This document shows, piece by piece, positions 1 through 12,000 of a stretch of 64,000 nucleotides of DNA (the first letter of the stretch is position 1; each line of letters begins with the position of its first letter). Source of the stretch: an uncultured Gemmataceae bacterium (lineage in GTDB: Bacteria > Planctomycetota > Planctomycetia > Gemmatales > Gemmataceae). The position numbers and the translations under genes were made by a program. The notes beneath the pieces were generated by a model. It made no database searches, was not told the DNA's origin, and saw only the letters and a program-made list of their open reading frames with translations. The DNA is taken from assembly GCA_963750165.1 (NCBI GenBank), contig CAVVPN010000011.1:2080001-2144000 (forward strand), given 5' to 3'.

Positions 1-3000
1 TGGAAGGCGACGATGCGGCCGGCGTCGGTGACCGTGCCGGCGACGGTCGGGTTGCTGGTCAGGCCATCGGTCGCGGAGGAGCCGGTGTCGTTGACCAGGT
101 GCATGCTGACGGCCGGCGGCGTCGTGCTGGCCGTGTGGCTGAAGAAGGTCCCCGACTGCTCGCTGGTGTTGCCGGCCGCGCTGACCGCCTGGACGCGGAA
201 GAAGTTGGTGCCGTACATGACCGGTACGCCGGTCAACTGGAAGTTGCCGGTGGCGTCCGCCTGGACCGTCTCGGCGGGGACGGCGGCCGTGGTGCTGCGG
301 TAGAGGTTGACGGTCGCCAGGGGCGATGTCGTGCCCACCAGCTTCACCTGGCTGGCTCCGGGCGTCGGCTCCATGACCGTCCAGGTCGGCTGCACCGGCG
401 GCGTCAGGTCGATCGTGAACGTCAGCGTCGGCGAGGCGGCGCTGACGTTGCCCGCCACGTCCACCGCTTTGGCGTAGACGGTGTGCGTGCCCGCGGTCAG
501 CGGGCCGACCTTGGCAGTCACCTGGCCGACGGACGCGATCGGACCGACCAGGCTGCCGTCGAGGTAGAAATCGACCTGGGTGCCGGCGGTGCTGGTGGCG
601 GCGAGGCTGAACATGGTCTGGTTCGTGAGGTTGCCGAGCTGCTGCGTCCCGGCGGCACTGGTCAGGACCAGACTCGGCTCGGACGGGGTTGCCGGCGTCG
701 CCGTCAACAGGGTGAGGCTGACCGTGACCGGCTGCGACTGATTGCCGAACGGGTCCGCGGCAACGACGGCAACGGTGTGGGCGCCGTCGGGGAGCGTGCC
801 GCCCGCGGCCTGGGCCAGCAGAGCCGGCGTCAGCCGGAAGGTGCTCCCGGTCACGGCGGCAACATCGTCCACCTGCGCCAGACCGTCCACCGACACCCAC
901 AGGTGGGCGGTGGGGTAAGCGTCGTTGATGGCGCCCACGATGGTCGGGTCGGAGGTGATGCCGTCAGACAGGGAGATGCCGGTGTCGTTGGCCAGACTGG
1001 CGGCCACCTGCGGCGGGGTGCTCGTCGGCGCCGGCAGCAGCACGGTGGTCGTCGCCGTGCGTGTGTTGCCCAGGAAGTCGGCGGCCGTCATCGCGAACGT
1101 GGTGGTGCCATACGTCAGCGGCACGTTGGTGAACTTGAAATTGCCACTGTTGTCCGCGGTAAGCTGCTGGCCGGTGGCGAGCAGCCTCACCACGGCGCCG
1201 GGCGCCGTCACGCCGGCCAGGTCGATGGACGAGCCGGTCGCCTGGTTGCTGCTGGGCGACACGGCGGATTCGGGAGCCAGGCCAAACGAGGAGATGACTG
1301 GGGGCGTGGTGAGCACGGTGATCGTCAGGGGCGTGCTCGGGGCGCTGACGTTGCCGGCCACGTCCGTGGCGGTCATGGTGAAGGTGTAGGTGCCGTCGCC
1401 GAGCAGGCTGACGTTGATGCTGAAATCGGCCGTGCCCTGCGTGGAGGCGATAACGCTCCCCTGGGCCGTGCCGCTGCTGTAGAGCGTGACGAGGCTGCCG
1501 GGCGTCGCTGTCGTTTCGACGGTGAAGGTCGATTTGTTGATGTATCCCCCGGTGATGGGGCTGCCGCCGGGCACCAGGATCACCGGCGTGGTCGGCGCCG
1601 GCGGCGGGGTCGAGAGGACGTTGAAGTCGATCTCCTGGGTCGGCGTCACGTTGTTGAAGCGGTCGGCAGCGGACAGCACGAACCGGTGCGGGCCGTCGGT
1701 CAGCGGCATGCCCGTCATGGTGGCGATGTCGGTCAGGTTCATCATGAGCCCGCCGGACGAGTTGATGTCGGACAGCAGGTTGACGGGGGCGGACCCGTCC
1801 ATCGACAGGGTGAAACTCATCACGCCGCTGGGATCGGTGACGGCGGCCAGGAACTGCCCGCTGGGCTGCACAAAACCGTCGGGGGGCGCGGAACTGCTGT
1901 TGGCCGGCATGACCGCCGCCACGAGGGTCGGCGGGTAGACATCGGTGGTCTTGCCCAGCTGGCGGTACGCGAGCAGATAGTCGTTGCGGTTGATGACGCC
2001 GTCGCCGTTGAGGTCGTACATCGGGTTGTAATTGGCACTCCCCCGCGTCGCGCCGTAGCGCTGCGTCAACTGGGTAAGGTCCGTTGAAGTGATGTAATCG
2101 GTGCCCAGGTAGTCACCGGTCAGCTGCCAGAACGGCAGCGGCAGGTAGTCGGCGGAGAAGAACGAGCCGCCGGCATCCATCGTGACGGCGCGGTTGGCGG
2201 CGCTGGCCACGGCCGCCTCGCGGATCTGCACCGCGAATTGCCCGTCGCCGGGGAGCAAGCCATCGACGTTGATGGTCAGCGTCCACGTTTGTTCGTTGTA
2301 CGAGTAATTTTTGGCCGGGATCGTCATGGCCTGGCCGCCGGCGCTGACCACCTGCACGTCCAGCACCTGATCGTCGATCACGACATCCTGGTTGAACTGC
2401 ACGGCCAGCGTGTAAATGTGCGAGCGCTGCACGGCCCCACCGTTGATGACAAACGACTGCACACTGACGGGCGTGCTGCCGGCGGCGGCGTTGATGGCGA
2501 CCGGCAGCGACGCCGACACCGACGCCTGGGCGCCGGTGGCCTGCACGGTGGTGGTGGCCGTGACGGTGAGCGTGAAGGAGTCGGCGTACCCGGCCGGCGG
2601 GTTGAAGGTGAGGCCCGACAACATGGCACGCGTCAGCCGGTAGTGTCCGACACTGACGATGGTGCCGGCGGAGAGCGTGGCGCCGGCCGGCAATCCGGAG
2701 ATGTCCACCGTCACCAGATCCGAGTTGACCGTGTCCTGCGGCACCGCGGTGATGCTCAGCGGGATGGGCGTGTCCTGGTTGCCGTTGGCCGGGGCGACCG
2801 TGAGGGTCGGCGCCACGGCGACCGGCGTCACCGTGACGGTGACCGGCGTCGCGTTGGAAAGCAGGCCATCGATGTTGCGCACGCGGTAGTTGAAGGTGTC
2901 GGTTCCTCGGAAGTAAGTGGCCGGCGTGTACAGCACCTGGCCGGTGGTCAGGCTCACCGTGACCGTGCCGTGCTGCGGGGGCGTGGTGATGACCACGGTG

Positions 3001-6000
3001 GTCGGGTCGAGGACGGACCCGGGGGCGGTGTCGTTCTGAAGCACGGCGACGCTGACCGCGGTGTTCTCCGGCGTCGTCACCACGTCGGCGTTGGCCACGG
3101 GGTTGTGCAGCGCGTCGGCAGTGACGAGGATGTCGTCGAGGGTCACCTGGCTGCCGGCGGCGCCGAAGCCGAGCAGGTCGAACGACAGGACGGCCAGTGT
3201 GCCAGGCGCGACGCCGCTAATGTCCAGTTCGATCACGCGGGAGCCAGTGTTTTGGCCCGTGTTGACGATCGTGACCTGCGGGCTGCTGAAGACGGTGCCG
3301 TCACTCTGGACGTTGAGGAAGGCGTCGGTGTTGCCCAGGCCGGCCGCCGTCTGCGTCAGCGGCTGGAGCGAGTGGGCGTCGAGCAGGGCGGCCTCGAAGG
3401 CGTCCGGCGGCTGGTTGGCGGCGGTCCCCAGTGCGGCCGAGACAATCGTGAAGCGCAGCGTGGTCACCCCGGACGGCACGAAGAACGGCTGCGTCAGTGC
3501 CGTGCTGACCTGGCCGCCCTCCTGGAGCGTCGCCGCGCCGCTGGCGACCGTTACCTGGCCGCGCTCCGTCCAGCCGAAGCCGGACTGGCTCGGGTCCGTG
3601 ACGGTGAATTGGCCGTTGGTGATGCCGAAGCCCGGGTTGGTGAGTGGGGCCAGCGGGATCGGGGCGGGCGTGGGAACGTTGGGCGGACTGCTGCTCTGAA
3701 TGGGGTGCAGCGACTGGCCCGAGGCGGTGCCGCCGGAACCACCGCCGGTCGTGCCGCCGCCGGTCGTGCCGCCGCCCGAGGTCGGTGTCCAGACGGTGCC
3801 GTTGCTGCGGGCGAAGTAGGCCGGGAAGACTGGCGCTGCGCTGTCGGCGGTGAAGCCGTAGTTGTACGCCAGCAATTGACGGTCGGCGGAGTCGATGGCG
3901 CCGCTGGCGTCGAGGTCGGCGGCGAAGCTGTAGTTGGCATCGCCCGAGAGGCTGCCGAAGGCGGTAGCCAGTAGCGCGCTATCGCTCCCGTCCACCTTAC
4001 CGTCGGCGTTGATGTCGCCGGCCACATCGACGCTGACGGTGTAGCCGCCGTGGTCGGTCTTCGTCGCGCCGAGGACGCGCAGCAGATAGGTGCCGCCGGT
4101 CGTGACCTGGAACAGGGCGACGGTGCGGTTGCCATCGACGTAACGCGCCAGCGGCTCAAGGCCGACCACGTCCGGCGTCGCCGCCACGAACAGGCTGGCG
4201 TCGCGCGCAATGACAACACGCACGATGACGCTGCCGGTGTTGGTGCTGTGGACTTCGGCGTCGCTGAGGGAGAAGGAGTAGTCCTGCTCGCCGCCGCGGG
4301 GCATGGTCTGCGTGATGGGATGGCCATCGAACTGCAGGGCATCGCCGAAGTCGCCGGTAAGGGGGACGAGCTGGGGCGGCTGTCCCGGCAGGTAGGCCGC
4401 GCTGACGCCAGCTGGGCGGGAGGCAACGCTGAGCGTGCCAAGCGTCGCGTCGTAGCCATAGCGGTCCAGCACGCCGCGCGTGCTGCTGACCACCTCGGCG
4501 AGCTGGCCGGCGGCATCGTACACGTAGTTCACCGTCTCGCCGTTGGGGGCCTGGATGGCGGCGATGCGGCCCTCGGCGTCCTTGACGAAGCGGATGGTCT
4601 CGCCGTCCGCCGCCGTGATGCCGCTGTCGCTGACGTGGAGCACGTGGCCGGTGGCGGTGATGGTCTCGGCAATGCCGTTGGCGCCGATCAGCGCCTGCGA
4701 CCCGTCGGGGGCGGTGAGCGTGTAGCCGGTCGGCCCGAAGAACGGATCGGACGGGTTGTACGCCCGGCCGGTCGCCTGGTCGTAGTAATCATTGCCGCCG
4801 CGGACCAGCAGCGTCCTGTCCGAGGCCAGCTGGTAGCTGACGCCGGCATCGGCCCGCCAGGCGGGGTAGTAGTAGGTCAGCTCGCTCGGCTGGCCGGGCA
4901 GGTTCACCGCGACGGGCTCGAAGGTGTAGCCGGCGCGGCTGCCGTCGGGCAGCGTCAGGTAAAGCCGCGTTCCCTGCTGCAGCGCAGGGTAGTCGCCGAG
5001 GGCCTCACGCCCGGTGAGGGTGAGGTTCGTCTGCAGGGCGACATCGCGGTTGACCAGGCTCCAGCCCGGGCCGAAGGTCGCGACCGCGGCAGGCGCCACC
5101 GAGTTGTACGCGCGCGTCACGCTAACGGTGGCGCCGTCCAGCGTGACGGTCAGGTCGGTGTCGGTGACCTGGACCGCGCTGGGCTTGGAACTGGTCTGCA
5201 CCTCAATGTCGGTTGTGGTGACCGACTGCCGGCCGGCGATGTCGGTGGCCGTCAGGCGCAACTGGTAGAAGCCGTTGGGCAGCGTGCCCGGGTCGATCTG
5301 GGCCAGGGCGCCGTCATTCACCGGAGTGTTGCCGCTCGCGATGGTGGTACTTGTCGCGCTTCCCAGGGTCGCGATGGCCAGCGACCAGGAGTCAAGGTTG
5401 CTGCTGGCCACCGTGCCCATCACGCTGGTGACACCGGCGAGCGGCGCCAGAGCCAACGAGGGATCGAGCGCCACCACGGGCGCCGTCATGTCGGTCGGGT
5501 CGAGCACCTTGAGGACAATCGTGGTGCTGCCGGTCAGCCCGTCGGCGTCGGTGGCAACCGCCACGAGGGTCATCTTGCCCGGCGTGCCGGCGGTGACCTG
5601 TCCCTTGCCCGTGGCGTCGAGGGCGACCGGCTGACCATCGAGGGTGAGGGTCACGCTGGTGATCGGCGCAACGCTGGAGGCGATGGCGTGGACCGTGACC
5701 ACCGTTCCCTGGGTGACGGGGAAACTCGGTGTCAGCACGATGGTCGCGCTCGGCGGCGTCGGTGTGACCGCCGCGTGGATCAACACCGACTGCATCGTCG
5801 AGAGCGTGCCGTCACTGGCGCTGAAGCGAACCACATAGTCGCCGGCCTGGGCCGGGCCGGGAATCCAGGTCACCAGGCCGGTGGTGGGGTTGAGCGTGGC
5901 CCCTTGCGGCAGGCCCAGCGCCGAGTAGGTGAGCACGTCGCCCACGTCGGGGTCCGTGCCGGCCGCGGAGAAGGTGAGCACCTGCCCGAGCGTCGCCTGG

Positions 6001-9000
6001 TGGTTGGGGATGTTCAACACCGGCGGCCGATCAACGTTGTCGATGTGGATCGGCACCTGGATCGCATCGGACAGCCCCGCCGAACTGGTCATCGTGAAGG
6101 TGATCGTGTAGTCGCCGGCCTGGGTGAAATCGGGCGTCCACTGGAACGCACCCGTGGCGGCAGTGAAGGTAGCGCCGGCCGGCACGTTGCTCGCTGTCAA
6201 CTGTGTCCTCTCGCCGCTCGGGTCGGCGCCGACGACGGTGAAGTCCAGTTGCGTGTTCTCTCGGCCGTACTGCCGCGGCACCGGCACCAGGATGGGCGGC
6301 AGGGCGGTGTGGGTGACGACCAGGTTGAACGACGCGCTGCCGGCCTCGGCGCCGTCGCTGGCGCTGACGGTGATGGGGTAGGTCCCGGCCTGACCGTAGG
6401 CAGGCGACCAGGTGAGCTGGCCAGTGAGCGCGTTGAGCGTCGCGCCGTTCGGGAGTCCGGTGGCGCTCCACGTCAGCGGGTCGCTGTTGGCGTCGGAAGC
6501 CTGGAGCTGAAGGTTGAGCGCCGCCCCTTCGGCAACGGTCTGGTTACCGGGTGCGGTCACGACCGGGGTGTTGTCGGTCGTCCGCACGACCAGGGTGAAC
6601 GTCTGCGCCGCGCTCAGGGGTGGCGTGCTGCCGTTGGTCGTGTCAGTCACCTGCACGGTGACCTGATAGGTGCCCGCTTCCTGCGCGGTGGGCATCCAGT
6701 TGAGGACCGCCGTGCCGTAGCTCACGCCAGGCGTCAAGCTGGCGTCGGCCGGCAGGCCGCCGAGCGAAAAGTGCAGCGCGTCCTGGTAGATGTCGGACGC
6801 CCGGGCGGTCAACGTGAAGGCGTTGTCCACCAGCGCCACCTGGCCGTTGATCGGCGCGAGCTGCGGCGGGACGTTGGCCGAGACGATCGTGACCACGAAG
6901 GTGTACGTCGAGGTGAGCGCCGCCGCCGCGCCCTGGTTGCCGCCGGTGTCGGTCGCGTGCAGGGTGAGCGCGTAGTTGCCGGGCTGGTAGATGGTCGGCG
7001 CGAGGTGGAACACGCCGGTGCCGTCGCCGTTGTCGGTAAAGGTGACGAACGGCGGCAGCGGCATGTTGGTCAGCGCGTTGCTCGCGGCCAGCGTGAGCGG
7101 CTGGCCGTTCGGGTCGGTGACTGTCACCGGCACGTCCAGCACCTGCCCGCCGTTGATGCTCACGTTGCTGATCGGCGTGATCTGCGGCGGCCGATCAACG
7201 ACGCGCACACTGATCGGGATGGTGATCTGCACCGACAGGGCCGGGCTGTCGTCGCTGCTGTCGGTGGCGGTGACGGTGATGCTGTACTGCCCTGCCTGGG
7301 TGTAATCCGGGGTCCAGCTAAAGGTGGCGGTTTGCGGATCGTAAGCGGCCCCACGCGGCAGCCCGCTGACCGTGTAGGTGATCGGCGAGACGGCGCCCGG
7401 CGGGTTGAGGCTGCCGTCGGGGTTGCGCGTCGGCAGCACGAAGCCGGGATCGTGCGGGTCGGTGGCGTGGGTCTGGAAGGTCAGGCTCTGCCCCTCGCCG
7501 ACCGTCCAGCCCGGCTGCGGGTCGAACACCGGTAGCGCGGGGGCGACCAGCACGGTGAAGGTGATCGTCTGCGTGACCGTCAGACCGGTGCTGCTGGTGA
7601 CGGTGATGGGCACTGCAATCGGGCCCGAGAGATCGTAGGGAACGAGCCACTGGAAGCGGCCGGTGTTGGCGTCGAGGACGGCCCCTTCCGGCAGGGCGGT
7701 GGTGGAGTAGGTAACCGTGCCGCCGTCGGGGTCGCTGCCGGCGAAGTAGAGAATGAAGCCGTCCCCCTGGCGCACTGTGCGGTCGGGCGGCAGGGTCAAC
7801 GTCGGCGGATGGTTGGCGGGCGCGACCGCGACGGTGAAGGTCTGGCTGACCGTGCTGACGCCGTCGCTGACGTAAATGGTCACGCCGGGGTAGGTGCCGG
7901 CCGAGCCGACGGCGGGCGTCCAGGCGAAGGTGTGGGTGGTCGGCGAGAACGTGGCGCCCGGCGGGAGGTTGTCGGCCCAGTAGACGAGCGGGTCGCCGTC
8001 GGCGTCGGTGGCGCTGACCGGCACCTGCCACGACTGTCCTTCGGTGATCTGCAAGGTAGTCGGGAGCGGGCCGAGCACCGGCGGCGCGTTGCCGCCGGCG
8101 ACGTGGACCGTCCACTGCTGTTTGGTCCAGGCGCCGCGCGTGTCGAAGGCGTACAGGGTCACCGCCGCGTCGGCCGGGCTCTGCGCCGTGGTGGCCCAGG
8201 TGATGACGCCCGTCGAGGCGTTCACGGTCATTCCCGCCGGAGCCTGCTGCAACAGGTAGGCGACGACATTGCCCTGAGTGTCGGTGGCGATTGCCGGATA
8301 GGTGTACGTCTGGCCGGCGCTGACGTTCGCCGGCGGCGTGCTGGTGAAGACCGGCAGGGCATTGTCGGCGGGCGTGCCGATGACGCCGGGCTGGTAGTCG
8401 GCCGTCTCGAAGCCGGGCGTGACGATCTGGACGGTGTACGCGGTGGTCGATTGGCCCGGCGCCAGCTCGACGCCGCCGGGGACGTTGTTGTCCAGGCTGA
8501 TGATCCAGCGGCCGTCGCCGGTGACGCCGGCGGCGCCCTGCGGCGCCCCTGGACGTATTTCGCCGGGTCGAGCGTCAGGAGCAGCGGCAGCAGCAGGTCG
8601 AAGTCGGCGGTGTTGGTGATCGTCACCTCGTAGCTGAGCGTCTGCGTCGCCCGGTTGAGCTGCGTGTCGGTCAGGTGGATCGAGGCGTAATCCGAGACAT
8701 CGTTGACCGCGGTGAACGTGACGGCATACGGTGCCGCCAGCGGGTAGTTGTTCGTGCCCTTGATGGTATCGAGGATCGTCAATGTGTACTGTTCCGAGGT
8801 CAGCCCCTGGGCCTGGAGCAGGGCGGTGCGCGTCGAGGAGTCGTAGGTGACGCCCACGACCGTGGCGGCCTGGCCGTCGGCTCCGACCAGGGTGTAATTG
8901 GCCGGGTTGGTGACCGAGGCAGTGTCAGTCGTGCTGTCGGCGACCATGTTCTGATCGAAGGTCACCGTGAGCAGCGCCAGCGGCAGGGCGACGACCGCCT

Positions 9001-12000
9001 GATCGGGCGGGTTGGTGGCCAGGACGGCCGGGTTGGTGATCGGGTTGAGGACATCGACCTGCGCCGACTGGCTGACGAGCACGCGGCCGTCACTGGTCGT
9101 GAGGACCACGTCGCCGCGCGAGCCGCCGCTGGCGACGGGAACCTGCTGCATCGTGGCAGTATCGACCATTGTCAGGTCGCTGCCGTTGGACCCGCTGTTG
9201 TGGGTGATGAATAGCAGCCCCGCCAGCGCGGTGCCGGCCTGGCCGAAGGCAAGCGAATCGATGGGCGTGTCGAAGGTGAGCATGACCTGGGCGCGCTGGT
9301 GCGCGTCGAACTGCACGACCTGGGTGCGGTCGGGCCAGGTGGTGGCCCACAGCGTGCCATCCGGGGCGAAGGCCAGGCTGGCGACGCGCAGGTTGAGGTC
9401 GCGGCTGTAGGACGCGAATGTGTCGGTGGCCGGGTCGAAGGTGGCGACGCCGGTGGCGGTGCCAACATAGATCAGGCCGCTGGTGGGATTGACGGCCAGG
9501 CCCAGTTCGACAGCGTCACCGAACTGCCCAAGGATGGCCCCGGTGTTGGGGTCGAGCTGGAGCAGCGGGCCGCCGCCGGTTGTCGCCCAGAGATTGCCCT
9601 GCCCATCAAAGGCGAGGTTGTAGATCGGGAACGGCAGCGTGGCCAGCGGTGCCGAGACGGCGCCGCCGGTCTTGCCGACGTGGAACAGTTCGTTGCGGTC
9701 CGGGCCGCCGCTGACGAGGAAGGTGCCGTCGGGCTCCTCGGCCAGTGCCATTGGGCCGATGTTGCCCTCGCTCTGGCCGATGCCGGTCACGAAGGATTGC
9801 GCCTGGAACGGCGCCAGCACACGGGTGTACTCGGAAGCGTTCGCCGTCGGCGGCGCTTCCGGGACGCCCTGCTGCGCCTGCGTGAACAGCGGGTTGGTCG
9901 AGGGGGTTGCGACCGGCGGCGGCGGCTGGCCGAAGTTCGGCGGCGTCGTCGAAACGACCGGCGTGCTGCCGAGGTTCGACCCGGAACCATCGTCGGGCAC
10001 ACTCAGGCCAGCCGGCGGCTGCTCGTGGTTGCCGGCAACGTCGGTCGCCAGCGCCAGGAACTGATACCGGTGGCCGACCTGGCCCATGTAGATCATCTCG
10101 CCGGAGGCGTTGGGAAGGTCGCGCTGCCAGATGGTGTAGTTGCCGCCGTCTTCCGCCACGTACAGCGTCACCGTGGCGACGCCCGAGCCGCCCGTGTCGT
10201 CGGTCGCGTTCCACCTGAGGTCGTAGTTACCGGTGTTGGGAACCTGCGTGACGCTGAGCGTCGTGGTGGGAGCGGTGTTGTCGATGATCCAGGTGAGCGG
10301 CTGGGTGTCCTGCGGCGGGGCGTTGTCAAGGGCGGCGGTGGCCGTCGCGGTCAACGTCGTCCCGGTGGCCGCGGCCGGGTCGGCCTCAACGGTGTAGGTG
10401 ACGTAGCCAGCACCATCCCCCTGGGCGTCGTTGGGCGCCAGCAGCCCCTCGTTCGGGTTTTGCAGCAATTGGCCGGTGAGCGGGTCGATGGCCTGGATCA
10501 ACCACGTGGCCGCGTGGCTCGTGAGGTCCACACCGGCGCTGACGCGCAGGATGAAGCCGTTGGACTGCGTGAAGTCGAAGTCGCCCTGGAAGAGGCTGCG
10601 GCCGGCCGGGATGTTGATCGTGATGTTGCCGATCTTGATGTCGCCGAGCTGGAAGGTCTCGGCATCGACGTTCGGGTCGAGCGGCACGGTGATGCGAATC
10701 TGGTGTGTGTAACTGCTGGCCGACGGATCGTTCTGGAAGTTGACGGTGAACGGCAGCGCCTGGCTGACCGGCACGAAGCCGCCCGTCTCCACGGTGAACG
10801 GGCCGGTCATCGACGCCTCGCCGGCGAAGCTGCCGGCGTTGGCGTAATACTGATCGAGGTTGAGCGGGAAGAAGCTCTGCGTGTTGTCGGGCGTGACGCC
10901 GTTGATGGCGTAATCGGCCGGGATGCCGTTCGCGCGCAGGCCCCAGCTGACCCACGGCACGTAGACGTTGAACGACTCGAACGTCGTCGGCAGCGAGGTG
11001 CCGAGGTTGTACTGGCTGTAGGTCGGCAGGTCGGGGATGGGGTTGGCGTTCTGCAGCAGGCCGAAGATGCCGAGCGAGTTGCTGGTGAAGCTCGGGGGCG
11101 GGTTGGTACTCGGCGCCGTCACGCCGGGGGTGTTGCCGTACCAGGTCTTGACCTCGTTGAAGAAGTCGCTGAGGCTGCCGTCGGTGATGATCTGCTGCCC
11201 CGCGGGGCCGGCGAGGATGCCCGTGGCGAGGGTGGCCACGGCGCTGATGACTTGTGGTTCGGTGCTGATCGGCGGCGCGGTCCCGGTGGGTTGCAGGATG
11301 CCGGTCTGTTCCAGCGAGGCCAGGTACATGTCTTCCCAGGTCGATTGGTCGGCGGCCAATGTGGTCAGCGCCGTTGAGGCGGTCGGGTCCGCCAGGATGG
11401 CCGTGCGCAGCTGGTCGGCCTCCTGCAACTGCATGGTGACGAACTCGTCGGTCGTCAGTGACGTGGCGGCGGCCACGATGTTGAACTGGAACGGCACGAT
11501 CGGGATCTGCAGGAAGTTCGGCACGTCGCCGAAGGTGCTCCAGATCGCGTACAGGCCCGGGTAAATCTTGTCGAGATCCTGCGGGCCGTCCTTGAGGATG
11601 TCTTCCTGGGCATACTGGGGGTAGGCCGCGTAAATCTCGGCCTTGAGCTGGTCGAAGGCGTGGTCGTGCAGTTGCTGGAGGCCGGGGTAGGTATCGACGT
11701 TGATCGTGAAGCCGGTGAAGCCGCCGGCCGGCTCGTCGATGAGGTAGCCCGAGGTGGCGTCGGTGCCGTTGATGTCGTTGACGGAATTGAGCGTCGCCCA
11801 GGGCAGGTTCTGCACGCCGCCGGTGGTCGGGCCGCCGGCCACGTTGGCTTCGAGGTTCACATACTCCAGGTTGTACAGGAACGAGTTGGTCCCCATCTCG
11901 GGGATGCCAACGACAAAATAGGTGTAGGGGGCGTCGATGTTGCCGAGGTTCTGCAGGGCGACGCTGTAGGTGCCAGTGTCTCCCGCGAAGATGTAGCGTG

